Assembly (NCBI GenBank): GCA_024400785.1
Contig: JAKSME010000002.1
Location: forward strand, 9,598 to 73,597
Source of the DNA: Bacteroidales bacterium
Lineage (GTDB): Bacteria > Bacteroidota > Bacteroidia > Bacteroidales > WCHB1-69
Direction: 5' to 3'
DNA length: 64,000 nucleotides
A program made the translations under genes and the position numbers. The notes below the pieces were generated by a model, which worked only from the letters and a program-made list of their open reading frames with translations, made no database searches and had not been told where the DNA came from. Of the stretch, positions 1 to 9,602 are shown piece by piece (the first letter of the stretch is position 1; every line of letters begins with the position of its first letter).

Positions 1-39
1 ACGGATAAAAATCTTTTCATACTAGCATTTTTAGCTGTG

Positions 40-47
40 CAAAAATA
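40..47 (-). promoter_or_regulatory. Bacteroidota-type -7 promoter box (TAnnTTTG) for a gene that leaves the left edge
   Basis: Complement of 37-49 reads CGTATTTTTGCAC (box TATTTTTG). A minus-strand ATG at 20-18 (MKRFLS...) follows ~19 nt downstream and runs out of the window. Confidence 0.45.
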
Positions 48-89
48 CGAATTAGTTTCAAGAGCGAAACAAACTTTTCAAAGACTTGT

Positions 90-896
90 TCAGAGCATGT
101 CCACAATCTTCACACATTCAACGGCTTCACGCACATCGTGAACGCGAAGAATGCTGGCCCCTTTCAGTAATGCTATGGTATTCACAACTGTTGTACCATT
201 GAGCGCGCGGTCGGGATCTGTCTCCAATAATTTGTAAATCATTGATTTTCGCGATATTCCAACTAAAATGGGCAAATTGAAAATTTGGAAAGATGGTAAA
301 TTCTTCAACAAAAAATAATTTTGTTCCAATGTTTTTCCGAAGCCGAAACCAGGGTCCAAGATAATATCATGGCAACCAGCTTTTATAAACTTATCAATTT
401 GATAGCCAAAGAATTGCATCATCTCTGCCAAGATATTTTCGCCCAAAGTTTGTTGTTGCATTTTATCGGGCGTGGTGGTAGTGTGCATCAGCACGTATGG
501 CACATGCAAGCGGCCAATAACCTCCGCCATGCGCTCATCGAAAGTCCCCCCGGAAATATCGTTGATGATGGAGGCACCAGCATTTACCGACCGCTCGGCT
601 ATTTCACTCCGCCAGGTGTCAATTGAGATTATTGCTTCGGGAAATTCCTTGGTGATCAGTTGTAGCGGGCGTTGCAAACGGAGCCATTCCTCTTGCAACG
701 GGACCTCTGCCGCACCGGGTCGGGTAGACACAGCCCCTATATCGATGATGCCTGCCCCTTCCTTCAAAATCTGTTCCGCACGATGTAACACCGCTGCATC
801 ATTCACATATTTCCCTCCATCAAAAAAAGAATCCTCCGTGACATTCAAAATGCCCATCACCACGGGTCGATAAAATGATAAAATTCTGTGATTCAT
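90..896 (-). CDS. folP: dihydropteroate synthase
   Basis: 268-aa ORF with VMGILNVTEDSFFDGG, IIDIGAVSTRPG and LRVHDV motifs typical of pterin-binding DHPS. Confidence 0.9.
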   Translation of the reverse strand: MNHRILSFYRPVVMGILNVTEDSFFDGGKYVNDAAVLHRAEQILKEGAGIIDIGAVSTRPGAAEVPLQEEWLRLQRPLQLITKEFPEAIISIDTWRSEIAERSVNAGASIINDISGGTFDERMAEVIGRLHVPYVLMHTTTTPDKMQQQTLGENILAEMMQFFGYQIDKFIKAGCHDIILDPGFGFGKTLEQNYFLLKNLPSFQIFNLPILVGISRKSMIYKLLETDPDRALNGTTVVNTIALLKGASILRVHDVREAVECVKIVDML

Positions 897-916
897 ATTG
901 TTACAATAAAAAGTAT

Positions 917-952
917 AAGGTATAAAGTATTAAAAATTCTACTTTATACCTT
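917..952 (-). terminator. rho-independent terminator after the C69 peptidase gene
   Basis: Perfect 13-bp inverted repeat AAGGTATAAAGTA (917-929) / TACTTTATACCTT (940-952), 10-nt loop, followed on the minus strand by a T-run (ATACTTTTTATTG). Confidence 0.6.
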
Positions 953-979
953 GTACCAATTTTCGCGATGTGCGAGTGA

Positions 980-2728
980 TTATTTTGACACTTTGTTGAT
1001 GATATTGCTACCGCAGTCGTCAACAATCATCTTATACCATTTTTCAGGATATGCCGGGTGTTCGGGATCTTCGCACTGTGGAACAGCTGCGTTGGTTTTC
1101 AAGAACTTACCGTTTTGTTCCTTCTTCACATTGCCATCATTATATTTCACCAAAAGGTATTCATACAAATGGTCCCAAGCTTCGCAAACTTTTCGGCAAA
1201 CTTGATGAGAATATGCAGTCACTTCGCGTTGGGCTTGAGCGGGATCGTTTTTGTAAAGTTCCACCATTTTCGATTCCATATTCTTGATTTCGGTTACGAA
1301 CGATCCTTCCAAAGATTTCTGCAATTCCTGAACATGTTGAATCATATCGCTGTAGCGGCTGTAAACAAGCTGGCTGACTTTGGTAAAGCGCCAATAAGCG
1401 GCATTGGCAGAATAATCGACCATGGAGCCATTGCCCTCCATCAGTTCGTGGGGAGCGCTGAGGATGCCGCAGAACATCGGCATGTAGCAGGTGGAGGCAG
1501 CGTCATCGACACCGAACCAGAGGATGCCGCCGAATCCGTCGGGAAGGTCGGGACGACATTGGGCCACGAAAGAGAAACCGGTTTGTTGGGTGGCGGTAGC
1601 GCGCTCGTGGATATATTCTTTGCCGCCAGATTCCCAGTTCATGGGACGCCAACGGTAAGGACAGGCGTACGGACCTGCACCGAGGTCTTTCGTCATATCC
1701 ATGGAAGTGCCTTCATAATGGTCGCGCATCAGTTGCATCACATCTTGAACTTCCAGTTTTTGGTCGGGCTTAATCCAGAGGGGAAATCGATTTTTGAGGT
1801 TGTCACCGCGTGCATAATCCTCATACTTAGCCATTTGGCCAGGGCTGCAACGATAGAAAGCCATCCAAACGCGGGCATCGCAGAAACGAGCGCCTTCAAA
1901 ATCGATGGGGGCGTATGCATCGCAGAAGCTGAATTCAGCATCAGGAGCATCTTTCGGATAGTAACCTTTCAGCTTAGCGAAAGAGATGACATCGTGAGAA
2001 TAAACAGTTTGTACATCGGGAAGAAAAATCTTGTCGAGTTCTTTGTTGGTGATGGAAGTTTTGCCATCGCGCAACGGAAATGTGGTGATACGTGCCTGGT
2101 TGGCATGGCCGCAGATGTAACCATCGGGAATGCGACGAGCGACCCAAACAGCACCGTTGGACCAACCTTTTACAATTTTTCCCTTGGCATCCTTCATCTC
2201 GGCACCCTTGCCGATGAGTTCGAAAATCCATGCTTCGTTGGGGTCGGCAATGGAAAATGATTCACCTTCGCTGTGATAACCGTATGCGTCAAGCAACTCA
2301 CTGATCACCTTGATGGCTTCGCGGGCATTCTTGGCGCGTTGGAGGGTGATATAAATCAAAGAGCCATAGTCGATAAGACCGGGGGTTTTCCACAATTCAG
2401 AGCGACCGCCATAGGTGGTTTCACCGATGACGAGTTGATGTTCATTCATATTACCCACAACTGCGTATGTATGGGCGACTTCCGGAATCTGTCCGAGGCG
2501 TTCTCCCGTATCCCATTCGATTACTTCGCGCATCGAACCGGCGGCATGGTCGGCAGCGGCGTAGTAATAAAGTTCGCCATAGAGGGTATGCGAGTCGGCA
2601 GCATAGGTCACCATGCAACTGCCGGTGGTACTTGCACCTTTGGTAATGATAAAGTTAGTGCAAGCCGAAACACGAGAAAGAAGCATTGTACTGACCATCA
2701 GCACAATAACAAGAAATAGTCTTTTCAT
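980..2728 (-). CDS. secreted family C69 dipeptidase
   Basis: ORF track gives 980..2752. I prefer the internal ATG at 2728 (MKRLFLVIVLMV...SRVSA|CTNF), which gives a signal peptide ending directly before the N-terminal nucleophile Cys typical of C69. Size (~580 aa) also fits. Confidence 0.8.
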   Translation of the reverse strand: MKRLFLVIVLMVSTMLLSRVSACTNFIITKGASTTGSCMVTYAADSHTLYGELYYYAAADHAAGSMREVIEWDTGERLGQIPEVAHTYAVVGNMNEHQLVIGETTYGGRSELWKTPGLIDYGSLIYITLQRAKNAREAIKVISELLDAYGYHSEGESFSIADPNEAWIFELIGKGAEMKDAKGKIVKGWSNGAVWVARRIPDGYICGHANQARITTFPLRDGKTSITNKELDKIFLPDVQTVYSHDVISFAKLKGYYPKDAPDAEFSFCDAYAPIDFEGARFCDARVWMAFYRCSPGQMAKYEDYARGDNLKNRFPLWIKPDQKLEVQDVMQLMRDHYEGTSMDMTKDLGAGPYACPYRWRPMNWESGGKEYIHERATATQQTGFSFVAQCRPDLPDGFGGILWFGVDDAASTCYMPMFCGILSAPHELMEGNGSMVDYSANAAYWRFTKVSQLVYSRYSDMIQHVQELQKSLEGSFVTEIKNMESKMVELYKNDPAQAQREVTAYSHQVCRKVCEAWDHLYEYLLVKYNDGNVKKEQNGKFLKTNAAVPQCEDPEHPAYPEKWYKMIVDDCGSNIINKVSK

Positions 2729-2744
2729 CTTTTCAAAAATTAAA

Positions 2745-3590
2745 TTAAGCAATGGGTGAATGCATCACATTCGGGATGACCAGCAAAGGCATGGTGGCGA
2801 GGTTCATCAACTGGCGAGTGGTACTACCCAACCAGAACGCGGTCATGTCGTCTTCATCTTCACGCATGATGACAATGAGGTTGACATCTTCCTTCTGTCC
2901 CCATGAGATAACGGCATTCGGAATGTCGCCGGCCACTTCAAGCGTTGCCGCTTCTGCACGCACATTGGCCATTTCGCACATACCCATGGCATGATTCAAT
3001 TGGACATTGATGGTGTGTTTTTCATCCGGATAATTGGGATCCACCAGACCGAGAAGTGACAACTTAGCGGAAAAGACTTTGGCGATTTCGGCAGCGGGTT
3101 TGATTTTCTGGAGAGTCTCAAAACTCATGTCAATCGGAACGAGGATTTTGGTCAAATCGCGTTTCACATTGACTTGGTGGCCAATGATCAAAACGGGAGT
3201 TTTGGTCACACCGACAACCTTCATGGTGTTGCTACCGATAAACATTTCTTCAAAACCGGAAGCACCGTGTGAACCCATAACCAACAGTGAATCGGGAAGA
3301 TTAGCTGCGTATTGGGTAAGTTTGATATAGGCCTTGCCTTCCAAAATCACACCTTGAATTTCATTTTTTGGTGCTTCCTGACGGGCCAGAGCGACCATTT
3401 CATCCAATTTCACATGGGCTTTCGCCATCATTTGGTCTTCGTCATCAACATCCAATTTGGTAGCTGCGGTAGGAGTTTTCACCCAAACCACATGGATTTT
3501 GGCATTGGTTTTCAAGCCAACAGCAACTGCGTGACGTAAAGCATTTTCTGAATTTTGGGAAAAGTCAATTCCCACTACAATGTTTTTCAT
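2745..3590 (-). CDS. universal stress protein, tandem Usp domains
   Basis: 281 aa. Two Usp-like halves: IVVGIDFS...LLVMGSHGASGFEEMFIGSNT...PVLII, and a second ...LIVIMRED...GSTTRQLM...PLLVIP. Confidence 0.8.
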   Translation of the reverse strand: MKNIVVGIDFSQNSENALRHAVAVGLKTNAKIHVVWVKTPTAATKLDVDDEDQMMAKAHVKLDEMVALARQEAPKNEIQGVILEGKAYIKLTQYAANLPDSLLVMGSHGASGFEEMFIGSNTMKVVGVTKTPVLIIGHQVNVKRDLTKILVPIDMSFETLQKIKPAAEIAKVFSAKLSLLGLVDPNYPDEKHTINVQLNHAMGMCEMANVRAEAATLEVAGDIPNAVISWGQKEDVNLIVIMREDEDDMTAFWLGSTTRQLMNLATMPLLVIPNVMHSPIA

Positions 3591-3722
3591 AATATTTTGG
3601 TATTAAAATTCTTTTCAAAAAAAGGCAAACAAAGATTTGCAGCCGCAAAAATACTTAAAAAAAATGATACTTGTAAAAAGAATATAAATATATGGTAAAA
3701 AAACGATGGGATTGAAAAAACA

Positions 3723-4445
3723 CTAACGAACGGGAAAATCGAAATAGGTATCGGGAAAAGGTTCGTTTTCTAAAGTGAAATGCCACCATTCCGTTTCAAA
3801 CGGTTTGAAACCGGCTTTCATCATGGCATCGCGGAGAAGCTGGCGTTTGGCGATTTGGTCTTTGCTGAGATTGGGGTAATCGGGATAGGACTCCAAGCCA
3901 AACCAGTCGAAGGTGCCGCCCATGTCCACTTCGCGTTCGGTTTTCATGTCGAAAAGGGTAAGGTCGATGGTGCTTCCGCGACTATGGCCGGAGCGAGCGC
4001 AGATAAATCCCTCATCAAAAAGGCGACTTTTGTCAATATCAGGGTAAAAATATTGTTTGGTAAGAGTGTCATTCACATCCTTTGCCCATCTAATAAAGTG
4101 ATTTACAGCAGTTTGCGGACGATAGGCATCAAAAACCTTCAGTCGATAACCCTGTGCCAACAAATCATCGCTGGCTTTTTTGAGAGCGGCTGCGGCCTCT
4201 TTGGTAAGCATTGCGATGGGCGCTTCATAACCATCCACCCTGGCACCGACAAAATTGTAGGTTCCGTAGTAACGAATTTCGTAAATGACATCGGGAACGA
4301 CATCCGCAACATTCACAAAATCAGAAGCATCCATCTCTGGAGCTACTTTTTGAGTGGGAGTGTTCGTCTGTTCCAAAGTCTCATTTTTATGTTGGCAAGA
4401 AACAAAAATGAGCGCCAACGAAAGAAGTAAAAAGATTTTTTTCAT
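3723..4445 (-). CDS. D-alanyl-D-alanine dipeptidase (M15D, VanX/DdpX-like) lipoprotein
   Basis: Motifs AYRPQ, SGHSRGSTIDLTL and WWHFT match the VanX/DdpX zinc site. Start chosen at the ATG at 4445 (MKKIFLLLSLALIFVSC lipobox); the ORF track alternative is 4463. Confidence 0.8.
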   Translation of the reverse strand: MKKIFLLLSLALIFVSCQHKNETLEQTNTPTQKVAPEMDASDFVNVADVVPDVIYEIRYYGTYNFVGARVDGYEAPIAMLTKEAAAALKKASDDLLAQGYRLKVFDAYRPQTAVNHFIRWAKDVNDTLTKQYFYPDIDKSRLFDEGFICARSGHSRGSTIDLTLFDMKTEREVDMGGTFDWFGLESYPDYPNLSKDQIAKRQLLRDAMMKAGFKPFETEWWHFTLENEPFPDTYFDFPVR

Positions 4446-4647
4446 CACACCAAATTTAATCATAAAGAAAAAATTTTTTAGTTACAAAATTTTATAACAA
4501 ATTGATAATCAATGATTAGAATAATAAATTTTCAAATAAAAATGGGAAAGCAAAGGTACGATTTTATTCTGTTTTATTGAAAAATAAAATTTGGGGAAAG
4601 AATATTGCCTTTTTGGATTATGGCACTGATTTGTTAAAAATTATTCA

Positions 4648-4655
4648 TACCTTTG
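4648..4655 (+). promoter_or_regulatory. -7 promoter box TACCTTTG upstream of pepT
   Basis: TTCATACCTTTGCAGCC matches TAnnTTTG, ~70 nt upstream of the pepT ATG, in a 260-nt AT-rich intergenic region. Confidence 0.55.
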
Positions 4656-4723
4656 CAGCCGATTGCGTTTCTGCAATAAAGCACACCATTTTTTTGATTT
4701 ACAATATTTTAAAATAATAAACA

Positions 4724-5938
4724 ATGAAAGAAACTTTATTAAAAAGATTTTCAAGTTACATGGCGATTGCCACTACCTCTGATGAAAATTCAGAAACCTA
4801 TCCGAGCACTCCAAACCAACTCATCTTCGGTGATTTTCTGGTTGATGAATTGAAAAAAATCGGCTTAGAAGATGTGAAAAAAGACCAATACGGATATGTA
4901 ACCGCAACATTGCCAGCGAATTGCGACAAAGTCCTCCCCACTATCGGTTTCATTGCACACTTTGACACCGCTCCCGACATGCCAGGAGCCAAAGAACCCC
5001 GCATCATAGAAAACTACGACGGAAAAGACATCATGCTTGACGCAGAAAGCAACACCGCGCTCACACTCGTCGACTTTCCCGAGCTCGCTGGCTACGCTGG
5101 CCAGACCCTGCTCGTTACCGACGGCAAAACGCTGCTCGGTGCCGACGATAAGGCCGGTATTACCGAAATTGTGACCGCTATGGAATATCTGTTGGCCCAC
5201 CCGGAAATCAAACATGGTAAAATCCGCGTCGGCTTCACCCCCGACGAAGAAATCGGTCAAGGAGTTAAGTACTTTGATGTCAATGGTTTCGGTTGCGACT
5301 TTGCCTACACGATGGATGGTGGTGCCATTGGCGAATTGGAATATGAAAACTTTAACGCCGCAAGCGCAAACATCAAAATCCAAGGGCGCAACATTCACCC
5401 TGGTTATGCCAAAGGCAAAATGGTGAACGCCCAACTTATCGCCATGGAGTTCAACCAACTGCTTCCGGAATTCCAAAAACCGCAATACACTCAGGACTAT
5501 GAAGGTTTCTATCTGCTCGTTCACATGGAAGGCACTGTGGAAAATGCTTCCCTCACCTATATCATCCGTGACCACGACGCTGAAAAATTTGCGGAAAAGA
5601 AAGATTTCATGAAGAAAGTCACCGACTTCTTGAATGAAAAATACGGCGACCGCGTCACCTGCGAAATAAAAGACCAATATCGCAACATGCGTGAAAAGGT
5701 CGAGCCGGTCTTCCACATCGTCACCCTCGCCGAAGAAGCCATGAAGTCGGTGGGAGTGGAACCGCACGTTCAACCCATCCGTGGCGGCACCGACGGAGCC
5801 AACCTCTCTTTCAAAGGCCTCCCCTGCCCCAACATATTTGCCGGTGGGCATAACTTCCATGGCAAATATGAATATGTGCCGCTTGAATCGATGGTAAAAG
5901 CCACCGAAGTCATCGTTGCCATCGCCAAAGGATTGTAA
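4724..5938 (+). CDS. pepT: peptidase T (tripeptide aminopeptidase, M20B)
   Basis: 404 aa; HFDTAPD, GADDKAGI and FTPDEEIG metal-binding motifs and overall PepT length. Confidence 0.9.
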   Translation: MKETLLKRFSSYMAIATTSDENSETYPSTPNQLIFGDFLVDELKKIGLEDVKKDQYGYVTATLPANCDKVLPTIGFIAHFDTAPDMPGAKEPRIIENYDGKDIMLDAESNTALTLVDFPELAGYAGQTLLVTDGKTLLGADDKAGITEIVTAMEYLLAHPEIKHGKIRVGFTPDEEIGQGVKYFDVNGFGCDFAYTMDGGAIGELEYENFNAASANIKIQGRNIHPGYAKGKMVNAQLIAMEFNQLLPEFQKPQYTQDYEGFYLLVHMEGTVENASLTYIIRDHDAEKFAEKKDFMKKVTDFLNEKYGDRVTCEIKDQYRNMREKVEPVFHIVTLAEEAMKSVGVEPHVQPIRGGTDGANLSFKGLPCPNIFAGGHNFHGKYEYVPLESMVKATEVIVAIAKGL

Positions 5939-5986
5939 ACTTCAATCCTTCAATTCATTACTCGTTCAACTCATACTCACTTCCTC

Positions 5987-7075
5987 ATGTCGATACTTCA
6001 CCGTCTCGCTTTACAATTTCAGCCCAACATCGGGCCGACAACCATAAAAAAGCTGCTGCAGTATTATGGCAGCGAAACTGCAATTTTTGCAGAAAAAAGC
6101 AGAATTAGTCCCTTGGGGAAAAAGATTCCCCTACCCCGTCTCACCCGTGAATGTCTGACACTGGCAGAACAGGAACTTCGGCACATGGAACGCAACGGCA
6201 TCAAATTATGCTTTTGCACCGATGCGGATTTCCCCAAGCGGCTAACAGCCTGTCCTGACGCACCTTACATGTTTTATTACAAAGGAGAAAACGTCTTCAG
6301 CCACAGGAAGATGGTGGCGGTGGTGGGCACGCGCAACATTTCCTCCTACGGCAAAGACGTCACCCGCCGCATCATCGACGGTTTGGCGCAATATGACGTG
6401 TGTGTGGTGAGCGGACTGGCTCGCGGCGTAGATGCCGTGGCCCATGAGCAAGCCCTCGACAGCGGACTGAAAACAGCGGCTGTGTTGGGCTGCGGCCTCA
6501 GCACGATTTACCCTGACTGCAACGAGCGGCTCGCACATCGCATCCTCGACAGCGGAAGCGCGTTGGTTTCCGAATTTTCTTTTTTCACAAAACCCGACCG
6601 ACAGAATTTCCCGCAACGCAACCGCATCATCGCCGGAATGTCCGATGCCACCATCGTGATGGAAACCGCCAACAAGGGAGGCAGTGTCATCACCGCTTAT
6701 ATCGCGCAGTCTTACAACCGAGATGTCTTCGCCGTTCCAGGCAGCCTTTTTTCCCAAACTTCCGAAGGTTGCCACACACTGATACGGAAAAATGTCGCCG
6801 CACTTGTCACCTCCGGCAACGACATCGCCGAAATGATGGGCTGGGACCTCGAAGCCCCCTCTTCCATCCAACCCTCACTCTTCATCGAACTCTCTCCTGA
6901 CGAACAAGCCGTCACCGACCTCATCACGCAAACTCCTGATATAATGATTGACGACATCATGGTGGCCCTTCCACAATTCCCTCCTTCCAAATTAGCATCC
7001 CTCCTGCTACAGCTCGAATTGAAGGGCGTATTGCAATGCAATCCCGGTAAAAGTTACCGCTTGTCAAGACGATAA
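5987..7075 (+). CDS. dprA: DNA-processing protein DprA
   Basis: 362 aa; VAVVGTRNISSYG...VVSGLARGVDAVAHE Rossmann-like DprA core plus a C-terminal winged-helix-like tail. Confidence 0.9.
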   Translation: MSILHRLALQFQPNIGPTTIKKLLQYYGSETAIFAEKSRISPLGKKIPLPRLTRECLTLAEQELRHMERNGIKLCFCTDADFPKRLTACPDAPYMFYYKGENVFSHRKMVAVVGTRNISSYGKDVTRRIIDGLAQYDVCVVSGLARGVDAVAHEQALDSGLKTAAVLGCGLSTIYPDCNERLAHRILDSGSALVSEFSFFTKPDRQNFPQRNRIIAGMSDATIVMETANKGGSVITAYIAQSYNRDVFAVPGSLFSQTSEGCHTLIRKNVAALVTSGNDIAEMMGWDLEAPSSIQPSLFIELSPDEQAVTDLITQTPDIMIDDIMVALPQFPPSKLASLLLQLELKGVLQCNPGKSYRLSRR

Positions 7076-7129
7076 CGTGAAATTTCTTTTAATACATTAT
7101 TATTATTAAAGAGATAGCTGAAAAAATCG

Positions 7130-7137
7130 TATCTTTG
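7130..7137 (+). promoter_or_regulatory. -7 promoter box TATCTTTG
   Basis: CGTATCTTTGCAGCG. The TTG 'start' of the ORF-track entry at 7135 lies inside this box. Confidence 0.6.
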
Positions 7138-7164
7138 CAGCGCGAAAATCCAAAACCACACCAT

Positions 7165-8415
7165 ATGAACATCATTATGCAACAAAAAAAACTTCTCGGC
7201 ATCAACGGAGCCGGGCGAATTGGTAAATTGACCCTGTGGCATCACTTGCTTTCCCGCAAGTTTGATGGCATTGTTTTGAATGTCGGCCGTGAAGTGGGCA
7301 AAAGTCTGGAAGACCTCGTTCACTCCCTCACCACCGACTCCACTTACGGCAATCTGAGTTTCTTCCTTTACGGGCGCGCCGGGAAAAAATGCAAAATTGA
7401 AATCACCGACAGCGAAAATCACATTGTGGAGATTGACGGGCTGCCCGTAAAAATTCTCATGACAGAGCGTAATCCTCACAATATCAACTGGAAAGCAGAA
7501 GGCGTACGCGTTGTCGTTGACTGCACTGGTAAATTTTTGGATCCTTCTTTGGCCGACAATGACGGCAAAGGAAGCGTGGTAGGCCACCTCGCCGGCGGCG
7601 CCGAGCATGTCATTGCCAGTGCTCCTTTCAAAATCAAACAGAGCGACTTTGATGCCACCGATACACCGACTTTGATATACGGCATCAACCACACCGACTT
7701 CGATCCTTCGCGCCACAAAATCATTTCTGCCGCCAGTTGTACTACCACAGGTTTAGCCCACATGATCAAACCACTGCTGGAAGACCCTGAAACCTGCCAC
7801 GTGCTCACCGCGTCACTGACCACGGTTCACGCCGCCACCAACACCCAGAGCGTATTGGACGCAGTTCCGACTGCGGGTGCGAGCGACCTCCGCAAAAACC
7901 GTTCCGTATTCAACAACATAATATTGTCATCCACCGGAGCTGCCAAAACACTTGAGAAAGTGCTGCCGGAAATCTCCCATGTCGGTTTCATGGCTGACTC
8001 CATCCGCATCCCCACACCGTCAGTGTCACTGATTGCGTTGAACATCACTTTCAGCTCCCGCATGAACGAACAAAGCGTGCCCTACATTTCCGGCGACTAC
8101 CTCCGCGACATTTACCGCCGTGCTGCCGCTGGCGACCAAACAGGCCTGCTCAATTTCTCCATGCAGCAAAATGTACCGATGGACCTTCTCGGAATGCCCG
8201 CAGCCATCACCATCGAAGGAAAAGAAATCCACACCAGAACCGGATTCCTCAAAATTCCTACAGACATCCTTGAATCGATGCACCTCAACAACATCCCGGA
8301 CATCAACATCCCCGTAACCCATGCTAAGATTTTGGGGTGGTACGACAACGAATTTGGCAGTTATGTGACCTGTTTGGGAAAATTAACCGAGTATATTTCC
8401 AACAGTTTGGACTAA
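7165..8415 (+). CDS. glyceraldehyde-3-phosphate dehydrogenase family protein, long divergent form
   Basis: GINGAGRIGK (NAD-binding), ASCTTTG (catalytic Cys), TTVHAATNTQ and SSTGAAKTLEKVLPE motifs. Start moved to the ATG at 7165, downstream of the promoter box. About 416 aa, versus ~335 aa for canonical GapA. Confidence 0.75.
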   Translation: MNIIMQQKKLLGINGAGRIGKLTLWHHLLSRKFDGIVLNVGREVGKSLEDLVHSLTTDSTYGNLSFFLYGRAGKKCKIEITDSENHIVEIDGLPVKILMTERNPHNINWKAEGVRVVVDCTGKFLDPSLADNDGKGSVVGHLAGGAEHVIASAPFKIKQSDFDATDTPTLIYGINHTDFDPSRHKIISAASCTTTGLAHMIKPLLEDPETCHVLTASLTTVHAATNTQSVLDAVPTAGASDLRKNRSVFNNIILSSTGAAKTLEKVLPEISHVGFMADSIRIPTPSVSLIALNITFSSRMNEQSVPYISGDYLRDIYRRAAAGDQTGLLNFSMQQNVPMDLLGMPAAITIEGKEIHTRTGFLKIPTDILESMHLNNIPDINIPVTHAKILGWYDNEFGSYVTCLGKLTEYISNSLD

Positions 8416-8574
8416 AAACGATGTGAATAACGTAAGGATGGGTGTTGAATAAAAGTTATAAACATTTAATTCACAACAAATTAAAGCATAAAAAAAGAAA
8501 TAAATAAAAAAAAATCCAGCAAAGGTTGGAATATTTTATTTTTTTGTAATTTAGCGGCCGCAAAATTGCAGCCC

Positions 8575-8662
8575 GGAGAGATGGCCGAGTGGTCGAAGGC
8601 GCACGCCTGGAAAGTGTGTAAACGCCGAAAGCGTTTCTAGGGTTCGAATCCCTATCTCTCCG
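8575..8662 (+). tRNA. tRNA-Ser (anticodon GGA)
   Basis: Acceptor GGAGAGA/TCTCTCC, D arm GCC..GGC, anticodon stem CACGC/GTGTG with loop CTGGAAA, long variable arm (class II), T arm TAGGG-TTCGAAT-CCCTA. No encoded CCA. Confidence 0.95.
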
Positions 8663-8721
8663 CTTTTTTTATTGATAAAAAACGAACAAATAAGAATTAT
8701 TAATCAAATTAAAACAGTATT

Positions 8722-9564
8722 ATGAAAAAACTGATTGCAGTATTCACGGTTTTTAGCATCATGGCATTCGGCATGACGAGCATGTCTTGGGCTGCTAAAA
8801 CAGCAGACAAAGGCGCTAAAGAAGAAACCAAAGTAGAAGAACAAGCTCCTGAAGCACAGCCTGAAGCAACAGCAGCTCCTTCTGTAAAACAAGTTGAAAC
8901 TCCTAAAGTTGACGATAACAGCACTACTGCAGACAATGGTTTACATTCAACCCTGAAAAAGAAATTTGCTGAAGGTGGTCCTCTGTGGATGACCATGGTA
9001 TTGGCATGTTTGATTTTGGGTTTGGCTTTCGCTATTGAAAGAATTTTCTATCTCAACCTTTCAAGCGTAAACACCAACAAATTATTAGAAAAAATCGAAA
9101 AAGCACTCAAAGAAGGTGGCGTTGAAAAAGCAAAAGACGTTGCACGCGACGTCAAAGGCCCCCTCGCAACCATTTTCTATCAAGGCCTTTCTCATTATGA
9201 CGAAGGTATTGAAGGCGCTGAAAAGGCAATCGTTTCTTACAGCGGCGTTGAAATGGGCAAGCTTGAAAAGAACTTGAGCTGGATCGGCCTCTTCCTCGCT
9301 CTTGGTCCGTCATTGGGATTTATGGGTACTGTAGTCGGTATGGTTCAGGCATTTGACGATATCGAAAAACAAGGTGACATCAGCCCGACCGTTGTTGCTG
9401 GTGGTATGAAGGTTGCTCTTTTGACTACCATCTTCGGTTTGATTACTGCTATTATCCTTCAGATTTTCTATAACTATATCCTTTCTAAGATCGAAAGCCT
9501 TACCAATGAGATGGAAAGTGCAACCATCGAATTCATCGACATCTTAGCAAAAAACAACAAATAG
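8722..9564 (+). CDS. exbB: MotA/TolQ/ExbB proton-channel family protein
   Basis: 280 aa: signal peptide, an E/K/P-rich periplasmic extension, then three TM helices with the ExbB-type C-terminal core (LGPSLGFMGTVVGMVQAF...ALLTTIFGL). Confidence 0.85.
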   Translation: MKKLIAVFTVFSIMAFGMTSMSWAAKTADKGAKEETKVEEQAPEAQPEATAAPSVKQVETPKVDDNSTTADNGLHSTLKKKFAEGGPLWMTMVLACLILGLAFAIERIFYLNLSSVNTNKLLEKIEKALKEGGVEKAKDVARDVKGPLATIFYQGLSHYDEGIEGAEKAIVSYSGVEMGKLEKNLSWIGLFLALGPSLGFMGTVVGMVQAFDDIEKQGDISPTVVAGGMKVALLTTIFGLITAIILQIFYNYILSKIESLTNEMESATIEFIDILAKNNK

Positions 9565-9602
9565 CACAAAACTCATCAAACTTAATCCTAAAATAAGGAA
9601 TT

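Noticed and set aside
1058-2260. A 400-aa plus-strand ORF, plus similar long ORFs at 4865-5860 (-), 16946-17974 (+), 37577-39298 (+, two ORFs), 43651-44481 (-), 59394-60035 (-) and 61189-62118 (+).
   Set aside because: Each lies fully antisense to a gene with strong family motifs (C69 peptidase, pepT, amidase, M14 peptidase, M23/aminotransferase, CCA enzyme, infB). Their translations are low-complexity (G/V/F/H-rich) with no motifs. They are shadow ORFs typical of GC-richer coding regions.
7135-7164. TTG-initiated N-terminal extensions in the ORF track at 7135, 11900, 41081 (-) and 58521.
   Set aside because: The TTG is the end of the TAnnTTTG -7 box and would lie upstream of the transcription start. 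In every case an in-frame ATG 18-39 nt downstream gives a sensible N-terminus.
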